Source: Salpingoeca rosetta
Taxonomy: Eukaryota > Protista > Choanoflagellata
NCBI GenBank assembly: GCA_033442325.1
Contig: JAWQFM010000011.1
Location: 53,906-117,905, forward strand
Direction of reading: 5' to 3'
Length of the DNA stretch: 64,000 nt
Of this stretch, positions 23,565 to 37,957 are shown piece after piece. Both the position numbers and the translations under genes were made by a program. Each line of letters opens with the position of its first letter. The first letter of the stretch is position 1. The notes beneath the pieces were generated by a model. That model did not search any database. It was not told the origin of the DNA and saw nothing but the letters and a program-made list of their open reading frames with translations.

Positions 23565-24165
23565 NNNNNNNNNNNNNNNNNNNNNNNNNNNNNNNNNNNN
23601 NNNNNNNNNNNNNNNNNNNNNNNNNNNNNNNNNNNNNNNNNNNNNNNNNNNNNNNNNNNNNNNNNNNNNNNNNNNNNNNNNNNNNNNNNNNNNNNNNNNN
23701 NNNNNNNNNNNNNNNNNNNNNNNNNNNNNNNNNNNNNNNNNNNNNNNNNNNNNNNNNNNNNNNNNNNNNNNNNNNNNNNNNNNNNNNNNNNNNNNNNNNN
23801 NNNNNNNNNNNNNNNNNNNNNNNNNNNNNNNNNNNNNNNNNNNNNNNNNNNNNNNNNNNNNNNNNNNNNNNNNNNNNNNNNNNNNNNNNNNNNNNNNNNN
23901 NNNNNNNNNNNNNNNNNNNNNNNNNNNNNNNNNNNNNNNNNNNNNNNNNNNNNNNNNNNNNNNNNNNNNNNNNNNNNNNNNNNNNNNNNNNNNNNNNNNN
24001 NNNNNNNNNNNNNNNNNNNNNNNNNNNNNNNNNNNNNNNNNNNNNNNNNNNNNNNNNNNNNNNNNNNNNNNNNNNNNNNNNNNNNNNNNNNNNNNNNNNN
24101 NNNNNNNNNNNNNNNNNNNNNNNNNNNNNNNNNNNNNNNNNNNNNNNNNNNNNNNNNNNNNNNNN
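23565..24165. other. Assembly gap (601 N) flanked by (GT)n and (CA)n tracts
   Basis: Run of N in the sequence. Confidence 1.
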
Positions 24166-24173
24166 GAGCAAAC

Positions 24174-24364
<191 letters not shown>

Positions 24365-24379
24365 TCGCACGCAACGCGG

Positions 24380-25073
24380 ATGAGTGCGAGCGATGAGATC
24401 AGGGAGGACTTGCTCCATGTGCATGTCAACACGGCCAAGGAATGGCTGAGCGGCTACTCGCTTGCAGAGCGCAAGAAGTTCTGGGTGGAGGTGCGCCACA
24501 TATGCGACCGTGCTCTGTTGTACAGTGCTTTGCTCTGCTGTGCTTTGCTGTGCACTGTGCTACTGCGCAACTCTCCCCCTCTCTCGCTCACACACGCGCG
24601 TGCACACGCACATGCACACACGCACATGCACACGCACACTCCAACAAAACACATCCGCGAATCGCGGTCCTTTTGGTCAGCTGCTGCTGGAGGTGCCGCA
24701 AGAAACTGGGTTCATCATCACTGTGGCACATCGTGTGCAGAACATTCATGCTGCGCTGATGGGCTCCGACAACGACGATGACAACGACACTGGCATTGAC
24801 GCAGCACGTACAGGACACAGCAAGGCGAAGCATGCCACGACAGCAGAGCAGCAGGAGCACGCAGACCTAACACAGCCCTTTGCACAGGCTGCAGCCGAGA
24901 TTAACAGGTCAGTGACGCACATACACCACAAGCAGCCACATGCATCGGTACCTGCGTCGTCGCAGCACCGTACCAATCGAAACCGCACACTTACTCACAC
25001 ACTCACTCTCACTGACGCACTGACGCTCACTTAGTCTCTCTCCCTCTCACACACACACACACACACACACACA

Positions 25074-25107
<34 letters not shown>

Positions 25108-25916
25108 CACTGCTGTAATGTCTGTTTCCTTTGCCTCTCTGTGCGACTACCCAAAGGTTGAACAGCGATCGCGCCAAACAACAACGATGGGAAACGCAAC
25201 GTGATCTAGCACTACAGGTTAGGCACGAGCATGAACGCTTGCACTGGCACACACACACACGCTCTCTCTCGCTCCCTCTCTCTCTCTGTTATGTTCACAT
25301 CTGAAGCGACTGCCACCGCTGTTATCGATCTCACTGCCAACGAGTAACCTAACTTACGCTCACTGCCGCCACAACTGCGCCACATCCATGCCCTCACAAC
25401 ACCACGCACACACACACCATCGTGACAGCACATCACCGCCATCACAGACTCGCTCAACTCATTATCACGTGAGTTTGCCATGAACTACACCGTCTCCGAG
25501 CGTGTCAAGGTGAGGCTTGTCATCCACTATGTCACCTGTGCACCCCAACACACACACACACACATACACACACACACACACTGTGGGTCTGCCATCAACA
25601 GTGGCGTACTCAACCAGCACGCACCATCTGCCCCCTTCCATTGCAGGCGCCGCCAACGAACCTGGTGATGGTGTCATCTGCTGTGCCGGGATATCAGCTG
25701 CTTGCCGCCGCTTGTAACGAGACAACCACATGCATCGCTTATGACGCAACAGGTCGGTGACCACACACACGACGCACACATAGTTGTGCACACAGACGCA
25801 CAAAGATGTACAAACACAAACAAAGTCACGCAAATGCGTACATACACGCACACAGATGTAAACACACATACACACACATGTGTAAACACGGACACATACA
25901 CACACACACACACACA

Positions 25917-25969
<53 letters not shown>

Positions 25970-26862
25970 GCACACGCATACCAACACGCGCTCACGCCTG
26001 CAATGACACCCCAACACCTCGCCACCACGGACAACCAGGTACGCCGTCGCAGCTGCTGTCTCGCGTCGTCGCCGTCTTGAAGCAGCGACCCGTCCACCAC
26101 GCAGCGCTCGTCTGTCAGGGCCGCCCAGGCATCATCCACCTCACGCGCGGTGCGGTGCCTGTGCTTGTGCTTGAGGGCGCGTCTGTCTCTCTGTCCGTTT
26201 GTCTGTCTCTCTGTCTGTGTATCTGCCGTTGCGTTGTTGTCGGTGCCCAAATTCCATGTATGAGCACGTATCCTTCCTCACCCCCTCTCCTCCACCTCTC
26301 CTCCCCCACTCCTCCACCTCTCGGCCAACCCCATCCCCCAATGCGCAGATGTGGAGACGAAAGTTGCGTCCGTGGCGGAGAGCAAAGTGGTCGTTGAGTT
26401 TTGGCGCCGGCTCGGCCTCCTCCTCCAGCCGTCATCACACCACCACCATGCACATGCACACGACAGCCACGGCCACACGCGTGCGCCGCGGGCCACGCTG
26501 CACGTCTTCTCTCCACTGCTTACGGATTCAGGTGAGCAACACCTTCCACGTGCTTGTATTCATATTGTATGCTGTGCCCGTCTGTTCCCCTCTCCCCGTC
26601 TTCATATGCATTCGTTCGCTTGCCTTTGTTTACCAGTCGTTGAAGTCAGACAGCAGCTGCATTATCGTTCCGCTCACTGACCACTTTCCGCCACCCCTTT
26701 TTCCCGTTGCCCCACCTTCATGCGTCCCTCCCCGCCACCAGCGGAGGGCGGGAAGCTGATCAAGCTGCTTGCGCGCCAGGCCAACATCGCCCTCGTGCCC
26801 TGCAACGACCTCACCGTGGCGTTTGAGGGGGACCTGCGCCCCCCGCCACCGTCAGCAACATC

Positions 26863-26943
<81 letters not shown>

Positions 26944-29758
26944 GAACCAGCACCAGTCGCCCAACAAGTCATCGTCACTGGTTGTTTCGGCTCGACCCGA
27001 CACGGCACCAGCACACACCACCACTGGCACCACGACAACGACCACAATGACACACATGCGTGCACCAGCGACTGCGGCCTCGCTGTTCTTCGAAGCGTTG
27101 CCGCTGCACACGTGGCGTGCTGGCGCGCTCCTTTTTGCTGACGTCAGCACGGGCTGTGACGAGGCGTTTCGTGCGGAGCGCCAGGCCGCGCTGAGAACCA
27201 TTGTGGACCAGCAACTGCAGCTGCTGATTGCAGAGTGCACGGGGTTCACAACATCGGCGGGGATCATGGCGTGCATGTCTGAGCTGCGGCACTGGTTCGC
27301 GACACAGTGGGAGGACGTGCGGCGTGCTGCTGTTGCGTTTCCCTTGCACAGTGAAGTCGAGGGCGAAGACGACACGCACGTGAGCGCACAATCACACCAG
27401 CAGCACCCGTTGCAGCTCCTGCCGCTGTCAGACATGGACACGTCGCACCCTCCAGACTTCAAGACTTCGCACGTGCTGTCGTCGCTTGGCGGGTGGCTGC
27501 TGGAGCGCTCGCAAGTGTACGGATCGCAACACGCAGAGAACGCACTGCGGAACGAGGAGGTGGCGGCGGTGCGATTGCAGGAGTTGGACGAATTGGAACA
27601 GCACCTGTCGACGCTGCATGCTGTTCAGCAGGGCCTGGTGGCTTCGCTGGTTGCACTGGACGGGGCAAAGGCGCCGAGCTCCACAAACGCCAGTGGTGGT
27701 GGTGGTGGTGGTGGTGGTGGTGTGAACAGGAAGGGGACGAAGACAAAGACGAAGAGCACCAAGAAGCCGCGGCGAGGACACATGTCGCTCATGCGGCGCG
27801 CTGACCGTGACGAGGATGATGATGACGAGGATGATGATGATGACGATGATGATGATGATGACGATGATGATGATGACAGTGATGACGGCAGCGACGACGA
27901 AAACGATAGAGAGAGCGGTAGCAGCAGCGATACGACGGATGAAGATGAAGCCCGGGCCACTGTGGAGGATGTGCACACAAGCACGAAGGAGCTGGAGAGG
28001 AAGCTTCGGCGAGCTGCAGATAAACAGCAGCAATGGCGACAGCAAATGCTGAAGCGGCAGCTGAGCGAGCACCAGGAGATGGCGGTGCGGAACACACAGG
28101 CGCAAGAGGGCAGTGGCAAGCGCGGAGGGGACGCCAACCACGATGCCGCAGGTGGTGACGGCGGCGATGGTGGCGATGGTGCTGGCGCGTTTGCAGCGTT
28201 TATGGAGGACTGGCTGCGGAGTGAAGATGCGTTCGTGCACGTGCTGACCGCGTGTGAGCGCGTGGATGTGTCGACATTGGAGGCGCTGACGCGGGTGCGG
28301 CGACCGAGCGAGCACCGGCGTGGGCGGCGGCGGTGGATGCGTGGCCACTCGCGGGGCGACGACGACAACGACGCCGATGATGGCGATGGTGGTGATGGTG
28401 GTGGCAATGATGGCGGAAGGGTGGGACGAAGACGAGGAGGGACAGGGACCAGGAAAGACAGGTTGCACCGCAGCGACGCGCGTGGCCGTGATGGCAACGC
28501 GGGAGCAGATGCGCGGATGGCGCTGGACGTGCACACGGCGAGCACCATCTTTGGTCTGCAGCAGGAGGCCATGGAGGCGGCAGACACATACTATCGACGG
28601 CTGCGGTCGTGTGCGCGCCCGCTCACCCGCTTGGCCGCCGCGATTCACACCATTCAGCATGCAGAGGCGCCGGCTGTGCTGCAGCTCGTGTACCGGTGCC
28701 AGCCGCTCCTGCTGCAGGTGTGCAGTGCCGCGGCCGCATATGCACGGGCAGTGGCGGTGATGGCCGACAACCTGCACCTCGCAGACGGCGCGTGGAACGA
28801 TGAGGTGGGCGGCAACGCGCACCTTGTGAGCGCGTGGTCGCGGGTGCTGGTGCAGCGGCCCGTGCTGGCGCCGTCGTTTGCACAGGTGCGGCATCTCCTC
28901 GTTGCGCGGTTGAAGCGCATGCAGCTGTGCTTCTCGCGGCTGTGCTACCGCCTGCACCACTTGGAGGGCAGCGTGTTTGCGCTTCTCAAACTCGCTGGCG
29001 GGGACAGTGATGCGGAGAAGGCGTGGGTGTCGTGCTCGTCGCTGCTGGTGGAGATGCTCGCGCTCGCACGCAGCACAACAGCGGAGATCACGCGTAGGCG
29101 GGCAGCGGCAAGCAAGGTGCTGGTGGCGCGGCTGTGCGAGGCTGCCAGGGCACAGGGTGGGGCTCTTCGGCTTGCGGCTGCCGGCAGCAAGGGCAGGGAC
29201 GTGCACACGCGACTGGCTCAGCTGCAGCAAGCGGCGGACCGCACTGCAGCCATCACTGCTGGCGGCGATGGCGGCGATGGCGGCGATGGCGGCGATGGGG
29301 TGGTGTTTGTGTGGTGTGTTGGGTTGCGGGTGGATGAGGAGACGGGGCGTGAGCAAGGGCCGGCGTATCTTGCGTCATGCTTTGAGCGCGCGCAGCACCT
29401 CGTACCTGTGACCGTCACTGTAGAAGCGCTGCAACCACTGGAGGCTGGCGATGGTGGCGGTGGTGGCGATGGGGAAGCAGAGGATGGTGCTTTTGATGGC
29501 GCGGGTGATGTCGTGGTGCTACCACAGGTGCCGACGCTGTATGGGTCGTGCATTGTGCATGCGCCTCGCCCGGAGGCTGGCCTGAGACTGCGCGGGCACG
29601 TGTTGCATGACGCTTTCATCACTGATGCGGGGGTGCATGTGCTTCGGTTGCGTGAGCACGCGGAACTGGGTGATTCTGCGGTGCTGCTGTCTCCGTCTGC
29701 CATTGCCGTGCAACAGCTCATGTACCAGCTTGACCAGCACAACGCCCGCCGCCGCTGA
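24380..29758 (+). CDS. ECT2L-like protein: N-terminal helical motif, DUF4347-like domain, poly-Q and acidic tracts, possibly degenerate DH-PH at the C-terminus
   Basis: Spliced exons give [19 protein letters not shown]...[44 protein letters not shown]...VVEFWRRLG...[27 protein letters not shown], resembling the DUF4347 domain of ECT2L as recalled. The N-terminal [31 protein letters not shown] resembles the ECT2L N-terminus. The final exon is about 3 kb and ends at 29758. The start may lie in the gap. Confidence 0.65.
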
Positions 29759-29797
29759 GGGCGCACCGCCCTCCTCTCATAGTGTGTGCGTGCGTGC

Positions 29798-29900
<103 letters not shown>

Positions 29901-30543
29901 ACAGTGTGTGTTCTGGGACGATGTCATTGTTTTGCTTTCTGTTTTTTCTTGTGTTTACCGGTTTGATTGACCTACTCTAAACAACCATGTACAAGCACGT
30001 CAAGGTCTGCCCAACTTCTTCGAGGAGGCATACGACTTGACGCAGTCGTCTCAAGCTGCTTAAACGCGATGTCGTACATGTGACAACAGCGACAAAGACG
30101 GCAGCGGCAAGTGGGCAGCAAAGAAGAGTACAGAGACATTTGAATGAATAACTATCCAGAGAACAGAAAACAAAAAAGGTACAATAATAAACAAAGAAAC
30201 AAATGACTCTCTTGTAATTCTAAACAGCCAGCTCAACAATGATATGAACAACCACATCGCCCAACGAGTGCGCCAGCATGCCGCGTTCCTTAGCTTGCCG
30301 CTCCTTCTCCGCTTGCACCCAGCACAAACACCCGCGACACGTGAAGACGTGAGAGCACACGACACACTAGCACACTGGGTTTGAAGTTGCCGCGGCCCTT
30401 CAATGTCACATTTTAATTGCACAAAGTACTCAAGAATCAGCTGCGTGGAAATTGGTCCGAAGATGTCGCTGTTTTTCTCCGGTCGCTGCCACAAAACAAC
30501 AACACACAACAACATACCACACAACAACAACACAGACCAGAGC

Positions 30544-31323
30544 ATGACGACAACAGTGCGCGAGCTCCTGGACTTGGTGGCTGAGCAGGATGGCAGTGCA
30601 ACGCTGTCGCTTGTGGACGTGGACGTGGCCGATGACGCGTTGGAACACTTGATTGCGCTCTTGCCTCAGCCAGATGCCATCACAAAGGTGGTGCTGGAGC
30701 GGAACGGCCTGCAAAGCGGCGCCAGCGTCGCCCGCCTGGTGTATGCCTTGTCGGCGCTGGAGGAGCTTGTTGTGCGTCGCAATGATCTCACGCAGGACGG
30801 GTTCCAGGAACTGTGCGTGGCACTGCAAACCCACGACAGCCTGCACACGCTCGACTTGAGCCGCAACAGGCTCCCAGATGCAGCTGCAAACGAGCTCTGT
30901 GCTGCGCTGGCATCATCCAGCTCGCTGCGCACCCTCAACTTGAGGGACAACTGCCTGACGGGGGACTCTGCGATGACCCTCTCTGCCCTGCTCATGAGCG
31001 GCGAGTGCAAGCTGGAAACACTAGACCTAGGCGTCAACGATCTCTCGGACAGCGGGACCCTTGCCATCGCCGCGGCCCTTGAGGCGGACGCGTGCACGCT
31101 GCAACGGCTGTCACTCGACACAAACTCCATCACCATGGTTGGTGCGCAGGGCCTTGCATCTGCCCTCACCAAGAACAAGACCCTCAAGGTGCTCAGCATC
31201 ACGGACAACAAGCTCGGCGACGCAGGCGTACAGGCACTCGAAGAAGCGCAGGGAAGCAACGCTGTCCTGCAGGAGGTTGCAGTGCGAGGTAACAAGTCGA
31301 TCTTGGCTCATACCTCCATCTGA
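30544..31323 (+). CDS. Intronless ribonuclease-inhibitor-type (about 28-residue) LRR protein, 259 aa
   Basis: Repeats LHTLDLSRNRL, LRTLNLRDNCL, LETLDLGVNDL, LQRLSLDTNSI and LKVLSITDNKLGDAG. ATG at 30544 follows an A/C-rich leader. Confidence 0.88.
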   Translation: MTTTVRELLDLVAEQDGSATLSLVDVDVADDALEHLIALLPQPDAITKVVLERNGLQSGASVARLVYALSALEELVVRRNDLTQDGFQELCVALQTHDSLHTLDLSRNRLPDAAANELCAALASSSSLRTLNLRDNCLTGDSAMTLSALLMSGECKLETLDLGVNDLSDSGTLAIAAALEADACTLQRLSLDTNSITMVGAQGLASALTKNKTLKVLSITDNKLGDAGVQALEEAQGSNAVLQEVAVRGNKSILAHTSI

Positions 31324-31339
31324 CGCCGGCGCGCGCGCG

Positions 31340-31371
<32 letters not shown>

Positions 31372-32010
31372 TGCGTGCAAGTTTGTATGTGTGTTTGTGT
31401 GTGTGTGCGCGAGGGAGAGTGTGCGTGCATGCGTTAATGAGTGAGTCAGTGTGTGAATGAGTGTGATTTGCAAGCGTGAGTATGGGTGCTAGTGCACGTG
31501 GTGTCTTTGTGTGAATGTTATTCCGTGGTGCAAGACCATCCAACCACTGGTGTTGTCCTGCGTCCCCTCGCTCCCCATGTGCATGCTCGTTTTTGGTTAA
31601 TGCATGGCTAAGTGCTTGTCTGCTTTTTTACATCCTGTCCGATCGATTGATTGCCCCACTCGCGCCGGCGTTCACGCCGACACTGCGCTGTCTTGTTTTC
31701 CAACATGTCCCCCCTCCCCCTGCTTGATCGGACGCAAGACTCATTCATGTCCGTGTATTTATATGTCGGGTGCCAATGAAACCACGCCTCATTTGCCAGT
31801 ACAACAGCGCATGTCACGCGAAGCAGAGTGGCCATGACCGAACACCCAAACGAAACAAGCAAAAAATCAAGCGAAGCCATGAAGCGAGACAATCAAACAG
31901 GAAAAGCAATCAAGGATCTCCACAGATCTACGCCCCCCACCACTACCGCTACCACCAGCACTGACATGTCACCACAAGGGCAAAGGCCGTGTGTGTGCGC
32001 GTGTGTGTGA

Positions 32011-32062
<52 letters not shown>

Positions 32063-32120
32063 GTGAGTGCATGTGTGAGTGAGTGTGTGTGTGTGTGCGT
32101 GTGTGCGTGCGTGTGGTGCA

Positions 32121-32385
32121 TCATTTGCGCCTGCTGCCTGCGACGCGTGGGTTGTATGCAATGGCCTCCTCCGCTGCCCGCTCGTCACCGGCGTCTTCGT
32201 CCGCATCGGGCGCCTCGGGAACCTCCGCCGCACGCTGCTCAGCCACTTCCTTTGCCTGGTGTGAAACAAGCCGGGGGGGGGGAGCAAGACACGACGCAAG
32301 GATGTGAGAACAGGGCGAAGGATGCGCTGTGTGTGTGTGTGTGTGTGTGCGCGTGTGTGTGTGCGCGCGTGTGTGTGCGCGTGTG

Positions 32386-32433
<48 letters not shown>

Positions 32434-32441
32434 TGCGCGTG

Positions 32442-32473
<32 letters not shown>

Positions 32474-33652
32474 TGTGCATGTACATGATGTGTTTTCTGC
32501 GCAAGGCTCACCAGCTTCTCTGCGCGCTTTGTAAAGTCCGTGTTGCGGTCCCGGAATCGACGCAGCACTGAGGATGTCACGCACACCGCACAACCCATGT
32601 CAGCACACCATGAGCACCGTGCAAACAAGGACAACAGCAAAGCCAAAAGCATACAGCAGTGCCAACCAGCCAACCAACCAACCAACCAATCACCAGCACA
32701 ATGGTCACAGCACCTGGCCCGCTCTCGACAAGATGGACGATCTTCGCGCCGCCGTGGTGCCCACCGCACGCAAGCTGGTATCCGGAGTCCGGGCAGAAGC
32801 CCATCGTAAACACGGGGCCCTGTCACGGTGTGTGTGTTGGGGCGGGGCGCAGAAGGTAAGGAAGCGCAGCACTGCAACGAATACAGCACGAACGACCACC
32901 CCCAGTATCACCAGCAGTAGCAGCAGCAGCAGTAGCACAGTAGCAGCACCAGCATCATCATGACAACGCACGAGATCATAGTCCTTTGAGAGGATCATGG
33001 AGGGCTTGTCCTTGACGTCCCAGACCTTGACATGCTCGTCTGGCGAGCCTGTCGCCATCAGCCCTTCAATCTGCAGACAACACCACATGCACACGTGCAC
33101 AGTCGGGCTGTGAACAACGAGGCCATGTAACCACCGCGCACTGGCACCACGACGCTAAAAAAACCAGTGTACACACACACGCACACACACGCACACACAC
33201 ACACACACACGACGAGCACAGTGCTCTTCACGAATACCGACGCGTTCACTCCCAACACGTTCGCTGCCGACACCACACCCACAACAACACTGAAAGTTGC
33301 CAGCACCACCAGCACCACCAGCAACAGCAGCAGCAGCACCACCACCAACCACCACCACCCAGCAGCAGCAGCAGCAGCAGCAGCACGAACCTGTGGGCTG
33401 AGAGCCACGCACGACACGGCAGCATCGTGTGCCTTGAGCGTAAACACAGGCTTCCCCGGTGCGCGCGCAGAGCACTTGAACACCGTGCCGTTGGACGTGC
33501 TGCAGACACAACAACGGGTGCACAGGGTGATGGTGGACCAGGGGAGGTGGAAGGGATTCGGGGATGAGGCAAGGCGGAGGCTGGACACTCGTGCTGGTCT
33601 TTGCAAAGCTCTGTTCGCAGCGACACCAAGATAGCCGCTTGCATACACCACT

Positions 33653-33735
<83 letters not shown>

Positions 33736-34022
33736 CGCGTTTACTCACCCAGCGATGAACATGGCCGGGTCCCAGGGGCACCACTCCAGGCACTCGACGT
33801 CGCCGTCAAGCTCCCACGTCGCAACAGCCTGCGCAGTCAATGCACACAGCACAGCACGTGAGCAACCCAGCGCCAACACCACGCCAAGCAGCATTGGTGA
33901 AGAGCAGGGGGGGGGGGAGGGGGAACAATACAGGGAGCAGACGGCTTGACATTCAATATCACATGTACCGTGAACAACAACAACACCAACAACTTACACA
34001 ACACCAACAACATAAACAACAA

Positions 34023-34096
<74 letters not shown>

Positions 34097-36100
34097 CCAC
34101 CAACAACATCCTCTCTCACACTCGCGTGTTGTGTGGACCAAACACTACCCACTCAAAACTGAAACCAGCCACGCACCTCTGGCGTGCGTGTGTCAAAGAC
34201 GGAGACGTGACCGCCGTGTGCGCCCGTGGCGAGAACAGCAACCTCTTGCGGGTTCCACTTGACATTCTCCACCTTGGTGGTGTGGTGCGTGTATGTGCGC
34301 ATGCACTGCGTGGAGTTGAGGTCCCACAGACGTACGGTTGTGTCTGCCGATGCGCTGGCAAGCAGCGTGCGCTGTCCACGGTTCCACGCCAGACCTAGCA
34401 CAGCGTCCCGGTGGCCGGGGTACTGCCGTGCATGGTGGTGGTGTTGGTGGTGTTGTTGGTGTTGGTGAGGAGGCGAGAAGAAGGGGAGGAAGGAGAGCGG
34501 GAGCATTAAGGAGGGAAACAGGCGCCGTTTAGGGATGGCGATGACGTTGGATGAGCGCCAACGATAAAGGGACGGTGGTGGTGATGGGTTGTTGTCGGGA
34601 TGGGTTGCCGCGGTGCAAAGTGGTGATGGGCAATTGAGAGCACCGCAAGCGACAGCGAGGACGAGCTCAAGTGTACGCGTGCTTGCACGGCTTCACACAC
34701 CTTCTTCTTCCCCTTCTTTGTCTTCTTTGGCTTGCCGAGTGTGACAGCGGGCTCGGGCGCCTCGAGCACATCAAGGTCCCACAGCTCAATCTGCGGCTCC
34801 ATCGTGCCCAGCGCAAGGATGTTGCCCGTGCTGTTGTCGTCGTCGTTGCCTGGATCGTAACCAACCCACTCCATGCACACGGGGAAGGACGACAGCATCA
34901 CGTCCGTGTGGGGGAACAGCGAATCCTCCTCCTCGTTCCAGACTGCGCAGAGGTGAGTGTTGGGAGGGGGGAGGGTCAGTTTGGTGCATCTCAGCGACAC
35001 GTGGACCCAAGAAGCAAAGCGCTGACACTTGCGTACGTGCACATGAATGTGCACGACAGCACACAATAGCACACAATAGCACACACACACACACACACAA
35101 TTGCAGGTCGCTGGCATTGGGGCTTACTGTGCATTTCGAGGCGGCCGAGGCCATCGTCAATGCGGCCAAGCACGAGCATGTTGTCTGTCGGGCTGATGGT
35201 GAAGTCTTCCTCGTCATCATCCTGAATGGAGGGGGGGGGGGAGGGAAGTGGCGGCACATGATATGCAAAAGATCAGCCCCAGTTCAAGGAAAAGTATTAG
35301 CTTGGCAGCAGGATCTGGGCACATGCACATGTACTCACATGTACACGCGCATGTCTAGACACACACACACACACACTCACTCACGCAAACACACACACAC
35401 ACACACACGCACACACGCACTCACGCACGCACTCACGCACGCACATACATACGCGCACACACCTTGTCGAGGGTGATGTAAGGATCGTCCTTCTGGTTCT
35501 TGTAGTAGGTGAGACCTTTGATGCTGGAGAGGTTGGCACCAGACAAGGTCACATCCTCCTCATCGTCGTATGTGTCGAGACCAAACTCCTTGACAACAGC
35601 CTGGCGATATCAAGGACATGCATGCGTGTATGTGAATGAGTGAGGTGGGCCAGATCAGAGGCAGCGGTGGGAGAACAGAGTGCGCTACGCAGAGGGAAAG
35701 CACACAGCATGCGTTAGGTTGACTGGCGTGAGGGCCTGGTTTGAACGTGAATGTCGCCATGTCGTTGAACCATACCGCATCCTCATCGTCGTCCTCAGCG
35801 GCATCCATCTCTGCGTCCTTGTCATCGTCGTCATCATCGCCCTCCTCCTCCTTCATCGCCTTTGTGTCATCACCTTCATTGTTGTCGTCACCCTCATCAT
35901 CATCATCATCGTCATCATCATCGTCTGTCACCACATCATCGGCGTCCTCGTCCTCCAGCGTCGCATCACTGTGTGCAAACACACCAGGGATTCATGAACC
36001 ATCAGGCCAACACGAACGGGGAACGTGTGAGGACAGTGTGTGTGTGTGTGCATGTGTGCATACGTGTGTGTATGTGTGCATGTGTGTGTGCGTGTATGCA

Positions 36101-36134
<34 letters not shown>

Positions 36135-36746
36135 TGTGCGTGTGTGATCGGTTCGTGCAAATGCAACCACGAAACGTCATACCGCAGCTGTTCCTTGGTC
36201 TCTTCCATCAAGCGAGCAAGATCATCCTCCGTGACTTCCAGCTGATGTGCGCGTGTGTGTTTGGATGTTTGTTAGTGGGGGGGGGGATGGTGTTGGAAGT
36301 GGGGTTGGCAGGGTGCATGGGCGGCCGAGGCAAAGCGGAGGGAAGTGGATGGGGAAGGAAGAGAATAGAGGCGGAAGAGAAGAAGAAGAGGAGGAGGAGG
36401 AGGAGGAGAGTAGGAGAGTAGGAGGAGGAGGAGGAGGAGGAGGAGAGTAGGAGGCGGAGAGTAGGAGGAGGAGGAGGAGGAGGAGGAGGAGGAGAGAGCC
36501 AGATCGGCAGAGGAGGGAGTGATGCCCAAACATACGCAAAGAGACAGAGAGATAGATAGAGAGGCAGACACACAGACAGAGACAGAGAGACATAGACAAA
36601 CAGACACACAGACACGCAGAGAGCCCTCAAAGAGACATAGACAAACAGACACACAGACACACACAGACACACACCTTGGTTGGCTGTGCCTTTGGTGCGC
36701 CTCGTGGCACCCACACCGAGCACGCGGTCAGGCCTTGCGACTCCAT
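32121..36746 (-). CDS. PWP1: Periodic tryptophan protein 1 (WD40), multi-exon
   Basis: N-terminal [22 protein letters not shown], acidic region, [59 protein letters not shown]...[15 protein letters not shown] and [10 protein letters not shown]. Confidence 0.92.
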
Positions 36747-36918
36747 ATTGTGTAGTGGCAGATTGTGCAGAGAAAATGCCTTCCGTGCCTCTGCTTGCTT
36801 TGCTTCTCCTGGTGCTTCCTCACCCACACTCGTTACACGACGTTTACTTATGCTGGCACTCCTCGAAAGAACAGAGACAGCGCACAGTCCCACAAAGGAG
36901 AGAGCTGCACATGAAGAC

Positions 36919-36981
<63 letters not shown>

Positions 36982-37635
36982 AAGGGGGGGGGGGAGTGAT
37001 GCTCAGGATGGTGGCAGGAAGAAGTACACAATCCACAGCAGCGCACATCGCTGCTGGTACTCTCCACAAGCAATCCAAAGAGAACTCACAAACTGGGCAA
37101 CTAGTGTGTGTGTATGCAGAGCGGGGGCGGGGAACAAGCAGGCAGCTGGATGGCAGTGGTTAACTTGCGCAAATACCATGATGGCTGGCTGTGTGCCACC
37201 CAATCGAACAAAAAAAAAAAGTGGTGGGTGTACAAGCAGACAAGAAAGCATAGCATTGACAAGGAAACCAAAATGTACAGGCGCTCACACGCACGCGCGT
37301 GTGCACATGTGCGAGATATGGTGACACACAAAAGCAAGCACATGTGCACACTCACGCACGCACGCACTTGTGTGCGGGTGAGCATTCACATTGCATAACA
37401 AGTACGCAGCTGCGCGAAAGGAGGTAGCAACAGAAATGGATGTCATATACAAAGGCGGCGGGGGTAGAGAAGGAAGAAAGGGAAAAGAACGGACGAAGAG
37501 GGGCAAACAAAGAGGGGATGAGGGGAAAGAAACAAGAGGCCCGCGTGGTGTTAAACCAACAAGACCGCGACCGGAACAAGGGAAAAAAAAAAAGGCATGA
37601 CAGGGGAACAGCACTGGCAGATATGCACGCGGACA

Positions 37636-37914
37636 TCACGGGGATGGCGGGTGTGGGCGCTTGTGCTGCAGGTCGTTGCCAAAAAAGTGGCTCGAGCCAA
37701 CCTCTGCAAACACCGTGCCCGACGTTGGATACCTGAGTAGAGGGAAGCAGGGAGAGGGAGACAAGGAAGAGCGAGGCGAAGTGGGGCGGTGAGCGAAGCA
37801 AAACGGGATGACGACGTCACATGAAGGCGCAGGCGATCGCAAGTACGCATCAACCACAATTGAAGTACCAACCACAACACAGCGGCCAGCAATGGCCACT
37901 TCTGACACAGAACA

Positions 37915-37957
<43 letters not shown>

